A DNA stretch of 64,000 nt from Nitrospirota bacterium (GCA_963790025.1 CAWBMP010000004.1:1216001-1280000); one strand, 5' to 3'; numbered from the stretch's first letter, positions 17,542-28,028 are shown. Numbers and translations are program-made. The notes: generated by a model not told the origin, from the sequence alone.

Positions 17542-19287
17542 CTATTCATTTCCTGTTCCCAATGGAAAAGCGAACTTAAAGTGAGCACCCTGCCCTGGAG
17601 ATGATTCCACCCATATCCTTCCATTGTGTCGTTCGATTATTTTACGGCAAATTGCGAGTCCTATTCCAGTGCCCTCATATTCGGTCCGGCCATGCAAACG
17701 TTTAAACGGCGCGAATATCTGCTCTGCGTATTCCGATTTGATGCCGATGCCATTGTCCTTGACACCCAGCACAACATGGTCTTCCATCTTTTCAGCTGTA
17801 AGACTGATTGCCGGACGCGTCTTGCCTATGAACTTCAGGGCATTGCCTATCAGGTTCTGGTAAACCTGCGTCAGAAGGACCGGATCACCCCAAACCTCAG
17901 GCAACTCGTCACGGACTATTACGGCCCCGGTCTCTTCAATCCTGAGGGCAAGCATATCGAGGGCCTCATCCACACATCTATTGATCGACACATGCGCTGC
18001 CTTTATCTCTGAACGGGAGGTGCGTGACAGGCCCAGAAGGTCCTGAACAAGCGTTTGCATACGATGGGCGGCGTCTGTAACAAAGAACACATCTTTTTCG
18101 GCACGCTCGGGCAGGTCGCACCCCATATCCTCCTTGAGATAAGCGCTGAAGCTTATCATCTTGCGCAATGGTTCCTGCAGATCGTGGCTGGCTATATATG
18201 TGAAATCGTCAAGCTCATCATTTCGGGCTATCAGTTCCTTGTTGGCTGCTTCAAGCTGTGCGGTACGTTCCAATACTTTTTGTTCGAGTGTTTCATTCAG
18301 TTTTCTGATCTCTTCTTCCGCCTTTTTGCTGCCTGTGATGTGGCGGTAGAGCAACCATGCTGAACAGAACACAACGACTGACAAAATTGTCGCCAGTCCC
18401 GCCATTTTCAAGGTCTCGTCCCACCACTCGGAAAGATAGTCGTCTTTTGCTGACGCGACCAGTTCATACATTGGATAGACGGAAATCTTGCTATAGGCAA
18501 CTACCCGGTCGATGCCGTCAATAGTGGAACGGGTCCTGTATGTTGCCGAGGTTCGGCCCCTTTTAAACAGTCCTCGAATCTCTTCTGATGTCATCTTCTT
18601 GCCGATGGCGCTGCCATTTCCCTTGAGGTCCGGATAGCGGCAGATGACTCTTAGATCACTGTCGAATAATGCTATAGCCCCATGTTTGCCGACATTAATT
18701 TTAGAAAACGTCTTGACAAAATTATCCACAGCAATCGTCCCGTAGGCTACTCCGGCAAAAGAACCGTCCCGGCTATTAATACGACGGGCAATGATTATTA
18801 TCCACTTGTTGACGACACGGCCAAATACCGGCTCTGATATGAAAACTTCCCCCTTAGAGTCATTGCGCAGGTGGACAAAGTAATTACGGTCAGCCACACT
18901 CACCGCGGGGCCTGGCGCCATCCTGGTACCGTAGACTATTTCAGCCTTTGCATTGGTTATCCGCAAACCGTCGAGTTCCGGTATACGCGCATACTGCCTG
19001 GCAAGAGTTGCATTTATGGTCTGCTTATTAATGCCGCCGGCGGCGAGTTGCCTCTCTGCTTCGTCCACCACTGACATCAGTGTCACATCGATCTTGGTGA
19101 TGACACCATTGATGTACTCATCGAGGGCTTGCGACAGGTTCTCAGTCGTGATCGTGGCCCGTTCCTCATACTCAAGTCGGCTTTGGCGGATCGAAATGCC
19201 GGCCAGGGCAATAATGAAGAGATTAATCAACAGCACACCTATTGCCAGCTTTTTTACAAAAACATCAGGCGGCACTGCATCTTTCAT
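17542..19287 (-). CDS. Cache-domain sensor histidine kinase
   Basis: 2 TM plus dCache (DRNYF); SHDLQEPLR, NLIGNALKF, DNGIGI, GTGIGL. Confidence 0.93.
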   Translation of the reverse strand: MKDAVPPDVFVKKLAIGVLLINLFIIALAGISIRQSRLEYEERATITTENLSQALDEYINGVITKIDVTLMSVVDEAERQLAAGGINKQTINATLARQYARIPELDGLRITNAKAEIVYGTRMAPGPAVSVADRNYFVHLRNDSKGEVFISEPVFGRVVNKWIIIIARRINSRDGSFAGVAYGTIAVDNFVKTFSKINVGKHGAIALFDSDLRVICRYPDLKGNGSAIGKKMTSEEIRGLFKRGRTSATYRTRSTIDGIDRVVAYSKISVYPMYELVASAKDDYLSEWWDETLKMAGLATILSVVVFCSAWLLYRHITGSKKAEEEIRKLNETLEQKVLERTAQLEAANKELIARNDELDDFTYIASHDLQEPLRKMISFSAYLKEDMGCDLPERAEKDVFFVTDAAHRMQTLVQDLLGLSRTSRSEIKAAHVSINRCVDEALDMLALRIEETGAVIVRDELPEVWGDPVLLTQVYQNLIGNALKFIGKTRPAISLTAEKMEDHVVLGVKDNGIGIKSEYAEQIFAPFKRLHGRTEYEGTGIGLAICRKIIERHNGRIWVESSPGQGAHFKFAFPLGTGNE

Positions 19288-19454
19288 TTTTGGCCCTCTG
19301 AAAAATAACTATAAGATACGTAATTATATCAAAACTTGTCTTTATAAGTGTTGCGGTGCCGAAGGAACTGAGGGACAGCGCGTCACATATCGGTTAGCTG
19401 TCCTCGATGAATATTCATGGATAAAGTTACAGCAGGGGCAATAATATTGAATAA

Positions 19455-19490
19455 CAGGAGAAGGGCCGGCAGGAGACAGCCCTTCTCCTG
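19455..19490 (-). terminator. Terminator hairpin of the Hsp20 operon
   Basis: CAGGAGAAGGGC...GCCCTTCTCCTG just after the stop at 19496. Confidence 0.65.
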
Positions 19491-19495
19491 CTTTC

Positions 19496-19990
19496 TTATT
19501 CAGCCTTTATGGCAACTTTCTTTGTCGCCTTGACCGCCTTTTCCGATTTCGGCAATATTACCGTAAGCACTCCTTTTTTAAAGGTGGCGTCGATCTTCTC
19601 AGTTTGCACCTCAATGGGGAGGGGGATAGTCCTGCTGAAAGAACCGTAGGAACGTTCCATGCGGTAATAATCCTTTCCCTTGTCCTCTTTCTCTTCCTTC
19701 TTTTCGCCCTTAATCGTCAGCATGTCATTGCTCAGAGAGACCTCGATGTCCTTCTCATCCATTCCTGGAAGTTCTGCAGAGACCTTGATTTCTTTATCGC
19801 TTTCCGAAACATCGATGTTTGGTGCGAATGTGCCCAGCCTGCTCTCAAAAGGCTCTAATTCGAAACCCCTGAAGAAATTATCAAAGACCGAATTCATGTC
19901 CCTCTGCAAGAGTGCAAAGGGATTATCATCGCGACTTGCCGGACCGCGCTTCTTCCCGGATATAGAGGGCAAAAGGTTCCTGATCGCCAT
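19496..19990 (-). CDS. Hsp20/alpha-crystallin small heat shock protein
   Basis: AELPGM, ERSYGSFSRTIPLP, GVLTVILPK. Confidence 0.95.
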   Translation of the reverse strand: MAIRNLLPSISGKKRGPASRDDNPFALLQRDMNSVFDNFFRGFELEPFESRLGTFAPNIDVSESDKEIKVSAELPGMDEKDIEVSLSNDMLTIKGEKKEEKEDKGKDYYRMERSYGSFSRTIPLPIEVQTEKIDATFKKGVLTVILPKSEKAVKATKKVAIKAE

Positions 19991-20025
19991 AATAAGTACC
20001 TCCTTGTAGTTTGAAGGGTTAACAG

Positions 20026-20436
20026 TTATACTTCGGCCTTTACAGCTATTTTCCTTGTTTTTGCTGTTTCGGCCTTGGGTAAAACCAGCTTTAATACTCC
20101 GTTCTTCACCGAGGCCTGGATCTTTTCCCTGTCTATTTCATCCGTAAGGGTGAAAACCCTCTGGTAATCTCCTACTCCGTATTCGGCAAATGCAAGCCTG
20201 TGGTGCTCGGGCATTTCAGGCTCGACAGTGCCATAAATGGTGAGGACATTCTTATCCAATGTTATATCGACTGACTGCTCATCAACACCCGGCATGTCCG
20301 CGATTACCACAATATTATCCTTCCTTTCGATGATATCCACGGCAGGAGTGTACACTTTTGTCGAACGTGTCCGTTCCATTCCTGCTGGTGTTTCAGCCTC
20401 TTTTTTTTGCACTTCCTTTGCCCCCGTATCAGCCAT
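20026..20436 (-). CDS. Hsp20 small heat shock protein
   Basis: PAVDI, ADMPGV, NGVLKLVLPK. Confidence 0.95.
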   Translation of the reverse strand: MADTGAKEVQKKEAETPAGMERTRSTKVYTPAVDIIERKDNIVVIADMPGVDEQSVDITLDKNVLTIYGTVEPEMPEHHRLAFAEYGVGDYQRVFTLTDEIDREKIQASVKNGVLKLVLPKAETAKTRKIAVKAEV

Positions 20437-20454
20437 AATTAATACCCCCTTCTT

Positions 20455-20883
20455 TTATTCGGATTTAATAGTTATTCTCTTTGGTTTGTCCGCTTCTGCC
20501 CGTGGCAGGGATATGTAAAGCACACCCTTTCTGAACTTGGCCTCAACCTTCTCAGCATCAATTACAAAGGGAATTTCAAAGGTTTTACTGAACCTTCCGC
20601 GCCACCGCTCCCTGCGATGGTACGACTCTCCATCCTTTACATCTTCAGGCTCGCGCGAGCCCCGTACAGTAACAGACTTGCCCATAACCGAAATATCAAT
20701 GGTTCCTGCCTCAATCCCCGGCACCTCTGTGGTAACCATCGCATTGTCCGCTGCCAGCCAAACGTTAAACAACGGGAGTTCACTGGACGACACTTCGGGT
20801 CCTGAAAATACCCGGTTGAGCCGCTCCAGCTCGCTCCGCGGATCAATCAATCTGCCAAACCTTTCCCAATCTGTCCAAGCCAT
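20455..20883 (-). CDS. Hsp20 small heat shock protein
   Basis: EVPGI, YHRRER, GVLYISLPRAE. Confidence 0.95.
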   Translation of the reverse strand: MAWTDWERFGRLIDPRSELERLNRVFSGPEVSSSELPLFNVWLAADNAMVTTEVPGIEAGTIDISVMGKSVTVRGSREPEDVKDGESYHRRERWRGRFSKTFEIPFVIDAEKVEAKFRKGVLYISLPRAEADKPKRITIKSE

Positions 20884-21104
20884 AATCGGTCCCTCCTTTT
20901 TATACCGGCCTTCCAGGCCATAAAAACGATGCGCTTCATTAAATAGAGCTGAAGTTGCATTCCATAATTAAAGTTTACACCGCTTTTGAAAAATGTCAAA
21001 ACTGAGTCAAGCCATAAAGTTCAGAGTTATGCTTAAAAGATGTTTTCTAACCTCAATATTGCATCCTTCATGAATCTAAAGTATTATTTAACTAATCTAT
21101 TTCC

Positions 21105-23054
21105 ATGAAAAAGAACCTCACTCATAAGATTCTGGAAGACCACCTGGTGGAGGGTCAGTTGATACCCGGCAGTGAAATCGCCATCAAAATCGACCACACC
21201 CTGCTTCAGGACGCTACAGGGACGCTAGCCATGCTGGAATTCGAGGCACTGGGCCTTGACCGGGTGGCGGTGGAGTTGGCAACGCAATACGTCGACCACA
21301 ACCTCCTCCAGACGGACAACAAGAATGCTGACGACCATAAGTTCCTCCAGACGGCTTCTGCCCGGTATGGCATCCATTTCAGCAAGCCGGGCAACGGGGT
21401 TTCGCACCAGGTCCACATGGAGCGCTTCGGCGTTCCCGGCAAAACTCTTCTGGGCGCTGATAGTCATACCCCCGGGGCCGCAGGTGTCTCCATGCTGGGT
21501 ATCGGCGCGGGTGGTCTGGATGTGACCCTGGCAATGGCCGGCCATCCCTATTATCTCCCATGCCCCAAAGTGCTCGGGGTCAAGCTTATCGGGGAACTCC
21601 CGGACTGGGTGAGTGCCAAGGACGTGATTCTCGAGATGCTTTTCCGCTTCGGCGTCAAGGGGTGCGTGGGCAAGATCATCGAGTATTATGGTCCGGGAGT
21701 AAAATCTCTTTCAGCCACGTCCCGCGAGACAATAGGCAATATGGGCACCGAGACCGGTGCAACAACATCCATCTTCCCGTCCGATGAGAGGACGCGTGAG
21801 TATTTGACCGCCCAGGAACGGGGCGGTGCGTGGGTCGAGCTTTCCGCCGATCAGGATGCGGAGTACGATGAATATGCAGAGATCGACCTGTCAAGGCTCG
21901 AACCTCTCATTGCCCAACCATCGTCTCCGGGCAATGTGGTCCCGGTGCGCGAAGTGGCTGGGACGAAAGTGGACCAGGTGATAGTGGGCAGCAGCGTCAA
22001 CTCTTCATTCCGGGACCTCATGGTTACGGCAAAAATGCTTGAAGGCCGGCGCGTTCATCCTGAAACCAATTTCCATGTGAATCCCGGAAGCCGTCAGGTC
22101 ATCGAGAACGTTGCCCGGGCAGGCGGGTTAATGGCCTTCCTCTTGTCAGGTGTCCGTTTGCACGAGCCGGGCTGCCAGGGATGCATAGGCATGGGCCAGG
22201 CCCCGGGGACAGGAGAGGTGAGCCTCAGGACCTTCCCCAGAAACTTCCCCGGCAGGTCAGGTACCAAAGACGACAAGGTCTACCTATGCTCTCCTGAGAC
22301 GGCAACGGCTGCCGGCTTGAGAGGGGTCATCACGGACCCGCGGGACTTGGCAAAAGAAATGAAATATCCCAGGATCGAAGACCCGATAAAATACGCCATC
22401 GACGAGAAGTCAATCGTATTCCCGTCACAGGAACTGACAAAAACTGTTGCTGTAAGAGGGCCGAACATCAAGTCCCTGCCGGACCTTGAGCCTCTTCCCG
22501 AAACTATCGAGGCAGTAGTGGTGCTCAAGGTGGGGGACAACATATCGACTGATACAATCATGCCGGCAGGCAACAAAGTTCTGCCGCTGCGTTCGAATAT
22601 CCAGGCGATCAGCGAACATGTGTTTGAGCAAATGGACCCCGATTTTGCCGCAGCTTGCAGATCAAAGGGCACAGTGGTTGTGGTCGGCGGCGAGAATTAC
22701 GGCCAGGGGTCGAGCAGGGAGCACGCAGCGCTCGCCCCGCGTTATCTCGGGGTACGTGCAAAGATTGTGAAGACCTTTGCACGCATCCACAAGTCCAACC
22801 TCTGCAATTTCGGCATACTTCCTCTCACCTTTAAAGACCCGAATGACTACGATCGCCTGAATAAAAATTCGACGGTCCTGCTTCGAGATGTTCGTAAGCT
22901 GATTCAGAAAGGTGACCGGGAGATTCCGGTTGAGGTGGATGGGCATACCTTCATTACTGTCTTTGACGTGTCGGAGCGTCAGAGAAAGCATTTGCTGGCG
23001 GGCGGTACGCTGAATTTTGTAAGAAATGAATTAAAAGGTCAGGTAAACGCATAG
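21105..23054 (+). CDS. Aconitate hydratase (Aquifex/archaeal-type)
   Basis: QDATG, DSHT, CQGCIG, TFPRNF, ENYGQGSSREHAA. Confidence 0.93.
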   Translation: MKKNLTHKILEDHLVEGQLIPGSEIAIKIDHTLLQDATGTLAMLEFEALGLDRVAVELATQYVDHNLLQTDNKNADDHKFLQTASARYGIHFSKPGNGVSHQVHMERFGVPGKTLLGADSHTPGAAGVSMLGIGAGGLDVTLAMAGHPYYLPCPKVLGVKLIGELPDWVSAKDVILEMLFRFGVKGCVGKIIEYYGPGVKSLSATSRETIGNMGTETGATTSIFPSDERTREYLTAQERGGAWVELSADQDAEYDEYAEIDLSRLEPLIAQPSSPGNVVPVREVAGTKVDQVIVGSSVNSSFRDLMVTAKMLEGRRVHPETNFHVNPGSRQVIENVARAGGLMAFLLSGVRLHEPGCQGCIGMGQAPGTGEVSLRTFPRNFPGRSGTKDDKVYLCSPETATAAGLRGVITDPRDLAKEMKYPRIEDPIKYAIDEKSIVFPSQELTKTVAVRGPNIKSLPDLEPLPETIEAVVVLKVGDNISTDTIMPAGNKVLPLRSNIQAISEHVFEQMDPDFAAACRSKGTVVVVGGENYGQGSSREHAALAPRYLGVRAKIVKTFARIHKSNLCNFGILPLTFKDPNDYDRLNKNSTVLLRDVRKLIQKGDREIPVEVDGHTFITVFDVSERQRKHLLAGGTLNFVRNELKGQVNA

Positions 23055-23127
23055 GCAAAGGCAGAGTCTTATTTCTTTACTATGCCTCTACCTCTACCTT
23101 TGCTTTTCCTTTTTTTAGGAGGTGACT

Positions 23128-24324
23128 ATGAGTCAAGCAAGTAGCGAGGATGCTGCGCGGCTAAAGAATATCGGCCTGAGGGGTGTAAAGGTAGCCGACA
23201 CGAAAATCAGCGACGTAGATGGCGAACACGGAGTTCTCATCTACCGGGGATATCTCATCGAGGATCTGGCCCAGCACTCTACGTTTGAGGAAACGGCTTA
23301 TCTGCTTCTCTATGATGCGCTTCCTACGGACCAGCAACTGGAGGAATTCAGGGGCCGGCTGATCGAAGCAAGGAGTATGCCGGCGTTTATATTCAACAGT
23401 TTCAAACAACTTCCGACTGATGCCAGGCCTATGGACGTGCTCCAGGCATCCATCCCGCTCCTTGCAGCTGCTGATCCTGACCTGGAGTCGGAACCACGGG
23501 AAGCTAACATTGCCAGGGCCATTCGACTCATCGCGTACGTACCCGCCGTGGTAGCAGGCTGGGACCGGATACGGAAAGGCAATGAGCCTGTGCCGCCTGA
23601 TGAAACATTGTCCCATGCCGGGAATTTTTTATGGCAGCTCACCGGCAAACGACAAGATGCAGAGATTGCACGCGATCTCGATACGGCCCTGTTGCTTCAC
23701 GCAGACCATTCATTCAATGCCTCCACATTTGCATGCCGTGAAGTGGCATCCACACGGGCACACATGTATGCAGCAGTTGCAGCAGGAGTCGGCGCCCTTT
23801 CGGGCAGCCTCCACGGCGGCGCAAATGCGCAAGTAATGAAAATGCTTCTGGAACTCCGGGGCGAGAAGGACATTGCAGGATGGGTAAGAAGACAGTTGGA
23901 CGGCAAACGAAAGATCATGGGGATGGGCCACGCAGTATACAAGACGGTGGACCCGAGGGCCAGGTTCCTTAAGGATATGTGCTTAAGGCTGGGGAAAAAA
24001 CTCGGCGAGGAGCACTGGTGGAAGCTTTCAACCGGGATCGAAGAGAGTGCACTGGCCGAATTCGGGAAGCGGGGCAAGTCTACGATAAAACCGAATGTAG
24101 ACTTTTATAGCGCGCCCGTCTACCATATGATCGGGATACCTGAAGACCTGATGACGCCCGTTTTTGCCATAGCGCGGATTGCAGGCTGGACCGCGCATAT
24201 AATCGAAGAAAAATTCGCCGATGCCCAGGAAAAGCCGGCGCTCTATCGGCCGTCATCCGAGTATGTTGGCCATTACTGCGGCAGGACGGGCTGCGCTTAT
24301 ACCCAAATAAAGCAGAGACAGTGA
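23128..24324 (+). CDS. gltA: Citrate synthase
   Basis: HADHSFNASTF, GSLHGGAN, MGMGHAVYK, PNVDFYS. ATG 23128 follows SD AGGAGG (GTG 23122 is an alternative). Confidence 0.93.
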   Translation: MSQASSEDAARLKNIGLRGVKVADTKISDVDGEHGVLIYRGYLIEDLAQHSTFEETAYLLLYDALPTDQQLEEFRGRLIEARSMPAFIFNSFKQLPTDARPMDVLQASIPLLAAADPDLESEPREANIARAIRLIAYVPAVVAGWDRIRKGNEPVPPDETLSHAGNFLWQLTGKRQDAEIARDLDTALLLHADHSFNASTFACREVASTRAHMYAAVAAGVGALSGSLHGGANAQVMKMLLELRGEKDIAGWVRRQLDGKRKIMGMGHAVYKTVDPRARFLKDMCLRLGKKLGEEHWWKLSTGIEESALAEFGKRGKSTIKPNVDFYSAPVYHMIGIPEDLMTPVFAIARIAGWTAHIIEEKFADAQEKPALYRPSSEYVGHYCGRTGCAYTQIKQRQ

Positions 24325-24331
24325 GGACAAC

Positions 24332-25705
24332 GTGAAAACACAAAAGATAGAGTCAATCAATCCCTATACCGGAAAAGTAATGCAGGAATTTGATCTCATG
24401 ACAGAAAAGGAGATCACCGAAAAAATAACTCTGTCACGAAAAACATTTTCGACCTGGCGCACCATACCTGTCGCTGAGCGGACAAACTACGTGGGGAGGT
24501 TGGCCGGGCACCTCAGGGCGGAGAAACGGACGTATGCAGAACTGATGACGAAGGAAATGGGCAAGCCCATCAAGGAGTCGATGGGAGAGATCGAGAAGTG
24601 CGCATGGCTCTGCGATTACTATGCCGGAAATGCCTCAAAGTTCCTGGATACCGAGCACATCAAGACCGAGGCGGTTAAGAGTTACGTAATGTTCGAGCCG
24701 CTGGGCCTCGTCCTCGCGATCATGCCCTGGAACTTTCCCTTCTGGCAGGCGTTCCGATTCGGCATACCGGCGATCTGCGCGGGGAACGTTGTTGTCTTGA
24801 AACACGCATCCAATGTTCCTATGTCCGCCCTTGCCATAGAGGACGCGTTCAGGAATGCAGGGTTCCCGGAGCATGTGATGAAAACACTCCTCATCACCGC
24901 TGATGATGCACTCAAGCTTATTGATAAGGACCTGGTCGATGCCGTGTCATTGACAGGGAGCAACAGGGCCGGCGAGGCGGTCGGTGCCCTGGCAGGAGGG
25001 AAGATCAAAAAGCTCGTGCTGGAACTGGGCGGCTCCGACCCGTTCATTGTGCTTGACGATGCAGATGTCGCAAAAGCCGGCAGAATGGCTGCCAATGCCC
25101 GTACTATCAACGCTGGTCAGAGCTGCATAGCGGCAAAGCGCTTCATCGTCCATGAGAAAGTGGCCGTGGAGTTCAAGGAACACTTCGTCTCCCGCCTCAG
25201 GGAACTGAAGATCGGCGATCCCATGGATGAATCAACCGATATCGGCCCGGTCGCAAGGCAAGACATCCTCGAATCCCTGGAGGAGCAGCTTAGAGACGCC
25301 AGGGCAAAAGGCGCCGAAGTCCTGCAGACAGGGCCTTCACTAAAGCAAGGGCTTTTCTTTGCTCCCTGCGTAGTATATAATCCTGCGAAGAACATGAAGA
25401 TCATGACCGAAGAGATTTTCGGGCCCATTGCGCCGGTCATCATAGTTAGAGATGAGGACGAGGCGGTGAATGTTGCAAACGATACAGAGTTCGGTCTGGG
25501 TGCGTCCATCTGGAGCAGGGACCACGCCAGGGCGGAAAAACTCGCAGCTAGACTGGAGGCCGGGACCATAGCCATCAATGACATGGTTAAGTCCGACCCC
25601 CGCCTACCCTTCGGCGGCGTCAAGAAGTCCGGGTTCGGCCGGGAGCTGTCGCATTTCGGCCTGAGAGAGTTCGTGAACATCAAAAGTATTGTCGTGAGAG
25701 AGTAG
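24332..25705 (+). CDS. NAD(P)-dependent succinate-semialdehyde dehydrogenase
   Basis: IMPWNFPFWQ, LKHASNVP, LELGGSDP, NAGQSCIAAKR, EEIFGP, PFGGVKKSG. Confidence 0.9.
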   Translation: MKTQKIESINPYTGKVMQEFDLMTEKEITEKITLSRKTFSTWRTIPVAERTNYVGRLAGHLRAEKRTYAELMTKEMGKPIKESMGEIEKCAWLCDYYAGNASKFLDTEHIKTEAVKSYVMFEPLGLVLAIMPWNFPFWQAFRFGIPAICAGNVVVLKHASNVPMSALAIEDAFRNAGFPEHVMKTLLITADDALKLIDKDLVDAVSLTGSNRAGEAVGALAGGKIKKLVLELGGSDPFIVLDDADVAKAGRMAANARTINAGQSCIAAKRFIVHEKVAVEFKEHFVSRLRELKIGDPMDESTDIGPVARQDILESLEEQLRDARAKGAEVLQTGPSLKQGLFFAPCVVYNPAKNMKIMTEEIFGPIAPVIIVRDEDEAVNVANDTEFGLGASIWSRDHARAEKLAARLEAGTIAINDMVKSDPRLPFGGVKKSGFGRELSHFGLREFVNIKSIVVRE

Positions 25706-25707
25706 AG

Positions 25708-27342
25708 ATGAAGGCATCCGATCTGTTCGTGGCCCAACTCGAAGAAGAAGGCGTAGAATACATCTTCGGTCTGCCGGGCGAGGAGAACCTCGACTTTCTC
25801 GAATCCCTGCGCACCTCATCGATAAAAGTCATCATTACCCGTCACGAGCAATCAGCAGCGTTCATGGCCGCGACCTATGGAAGACTCACCGGGAAAGCCG
25901 GTGTCTGCTTCTCTACGCTCGGGCCCGGGGCGTTGAACCTCGTGACCGGCGTTGCCCATGCCCAGCTTATCGGTGCGCCCCTGGTTTCGATTTCAGGTCA
26001 GAAGGCGATCAGGGAGAACTGGCAGGCCAGGTTCCAGCTTGTCAATGTTGTGGAAGTAATGAGGCCGATCACCAAGGACTCGGTTTCCATCATAGATCCC
26101 GGCACCATACCTACCGTCTTACGGAATGCATTCAGGCTGGCACAGTCGGAACGACCGGGAGCAGTCCACCTGGAACTGCCTGTAGACGTGGCTGCCGGCC
26201 AAACAGATTCGCAGTTGCAGAAGCGGGGTTATACACGGAGACCCGCGCCTGATTACAAGGCCGTCACCAGGGCGGCCGAGCTGATCAATAAAGCGCGCCA
26301 CCCCCTGATCATTCTCTCGGCCGGGGCCAACAGGAACCTAGCAGCCAGGCAGTTAACGCGTTTCATAGAGAAGACAGGCATCTACGCGATACATACGCAG
26401 ATGGGAAAGGGCGTTCTGAGTGATGATTCGCCATACAGCCTCTTCGCTGCCGGCATCCACCGGCGCGATTACGTGAGTTGCGGGATCGACCAGGCCGACG
26501 TGATCATAACGATCGGATACAACATAGTTGAATATCCGCCGTATGTCTGGAACAGGGACCTCTCTAAGAAGATCATCAATATCGACTTCGCCGAGGCCCT
26601 CGCAGACAAATACTTCAATCCGGACATAGACGTTATAGGCGACATTGCCTGCTCGCTGAAGCAACTCGGTGAGGTGATCACCCCAAGGAAAAACGATGAG
26701 ATGTTCAGGGGCGTGCGGGAATTCCTTAATGGCAAACTATCGCTTGATTTCAAAAAACAGTATCCTCTGACCCCTCTCGAAGTCGTGCGGCATGTGCGGG
26801 AGGCCCTGCAACGCGAGGATGTCCTGACACTCGACAACGGAATTTACAAGCTGTGGTTTTCACGCCTCTACCCTGCTTACAGCCCCAACACATTCCTGTT
26901 GGATAATGCCCTGGCTACGATGGGAGCGGGCCTTTCAGCAGGCATCATGGCCAAGATGCTCAGGCCCAATCGAAACGTACTGGCCGTGGTGGGCGACGGC
27001 GGATTCATGATGACCTCCCACGAGCTTGAGACCGCCCTGCGATATAACGTCCCCCTCGTTGTCCTCGTCCTTAACGACAATGCCTTCGGTTTCATCAAAT
27101 GGGAGCAGCAGAGCAAGGGGTTCCCGAATTTTGCTCTCGATTATTCAAATCCTGATTTCGTGAAGTATGCCGAAAGCTTCGGGGCCGTTGGCATGAAGGT
27201 AAAAAAGGGAGATGATCTGTCCGACATCTTAGGCGGGGCGTTTGCACTGAAGAGAACCGTCCTTATCGAGTGCCCGGTCGATTATTCGGTCAACTTCGAG
27301 ATGTTCTCAAAAGAACTTGCGAACATAGTGTGCGAATACTGA
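25708..27342 (+). CDS. ThDP-dependent acetolactate-synthase-like enzyme, probable 2-oxoglutarate decarboxylase (OgdA-like)
   Basis: GVEYIFGLPGEENL, RHEQSAAFMA, LDNALATMGAG, GDGG...ND; directly downstream of SSADH. Confidence 0.75.
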   Translation: MKASDLFVAQLEEEGVEYIFGLPGEENLDFLESLRTSSIKVIITRHEQSAAFMAATYGRLTGKAGVCFSTLGPGALNLVTGVAHAQLIGAPLVSISGQKAIRENWQARFQLVNVVEVMRPITKDSVSIIDPGTIPTVLRNAFRLAQSERPGAVHLELPVDVAAGQTDSQLQKRGYTRRPAPDYKAVTRAAELINKARHPLIILSAGANRNLAARQLTRFIEKTGIYAIHTQMGKGVLSDDSPYSLFAAGIHRRDYVSCGIDQADVIITIGYNIVEYPPYVWNRDLSKKIINIDFAEALADKYFNPDIDVIGDIACSLKQLGEVITPRKNDEMFRGVREFLNGKLSLDFKKQYPLTPLEVVRHVREALQREDVLTLDNGIYKLWFSRLYPAYSPNTFLLDNALATMGAGLSAGIMAKMLRPNRNVLAVVGDGGFMMTSHELETALRYNVPLVVLVLNDNAFGFIKWEQQSKGFPNFALDYSNPDFVKYAESFGAVGMKVKKGDDLSDILGGAFALKRTVLIECPVDYSVNFEMFSKELANIVCEY

Positions 27343-27424
27343 GTCCAGAACACCTTATTTCTCGACACGGGACTACAAAAATTACTTTTGTGAAATATCT
27401 TTGATTTTATTGGACAAAAAAGAA

Positions 27425-27448
27425 TCGGGGCGAGCCGATTCGAACGGC
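27425..27448 (-). mobile_element. tRNA-Pro 3'-end fragment (att-site relic)
   Basis: Minus strand GCCGTTCGAATCGGCTCGCCCCGA is a T-arm plus the acceptor 3' strand CGCCCCG-A; no 5' half present. Confidence 0.7.
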
Positions 27449-27759
27449 AAGTCCATGCTATTTGCCTTTTACATTTCAAATAGTTAAACCTCCCATTCTC
27501 TCAGTACACCACCGAGAGTAAACGGAATTATCAACTCTAAAAACAATAAAAAAAGAAGTTTCAGTATTAGATGCGGCTGCAAAAATACTAAAGATCCTTA
27601 ATATTTTATTCAATTGAGTGAAAAGATTCACAGATTATGATCAGTCCGGTATGGCCTTCTTCCTCTCGTCATTTTATAATATTGTCTGGTATGCAATATT
27701 TCACGAAGAAATGCGTGTGCACGTAGAAATATTCTTGTATTTTTGTAATTTCTTATCTA

Positions 27760-27942
27760 ATGATGAGCAAACCGCAAAATGTAAATAGGATAGGTCGACT
27801 ATTCAGCTCTATGCTGAGGGTATTGCCCAGATTCAAATGCAATCAGGGTTTGCTGTTATCCGGTGCTGTCGCCTATCATACCCTTTTGTCAATTGTGCCA
27901 ATGTCAATTTTTGCCCTGTTTGGCGCTATTCAAATTCAATAA
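27760..27942 (+). pseudogene. N-terminal fragment of a YihY/BrkB family membrane protein
   Basis: FKCNQGLLLSGAVAYHTLLSIVP, truncated at 60 aa. Confidence 0.7.
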
Positions 27943-28028
27943 GTTATGGTACTCTTTTGCTATAACTTAATTGTTTACGGATAATTGATGGTCGGTCCTT
28001 AGAAAAAGGCAAGACGGAGGCACAAAGC

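Noticed and set aside
19350..19370. GGTGCCGAAGG resembling a reverse tRNA-Leu 3' end
   Set aside because: Only about 11 nt and no T-loop.
20940..21040. CIRCE/HAIR operator upstream of the Hsp20 genes
   Set aside because: No convincing match to TTAGCACTC-N9-GAGTGCTAA or CTTGAGT-N7-ACTCAAG.
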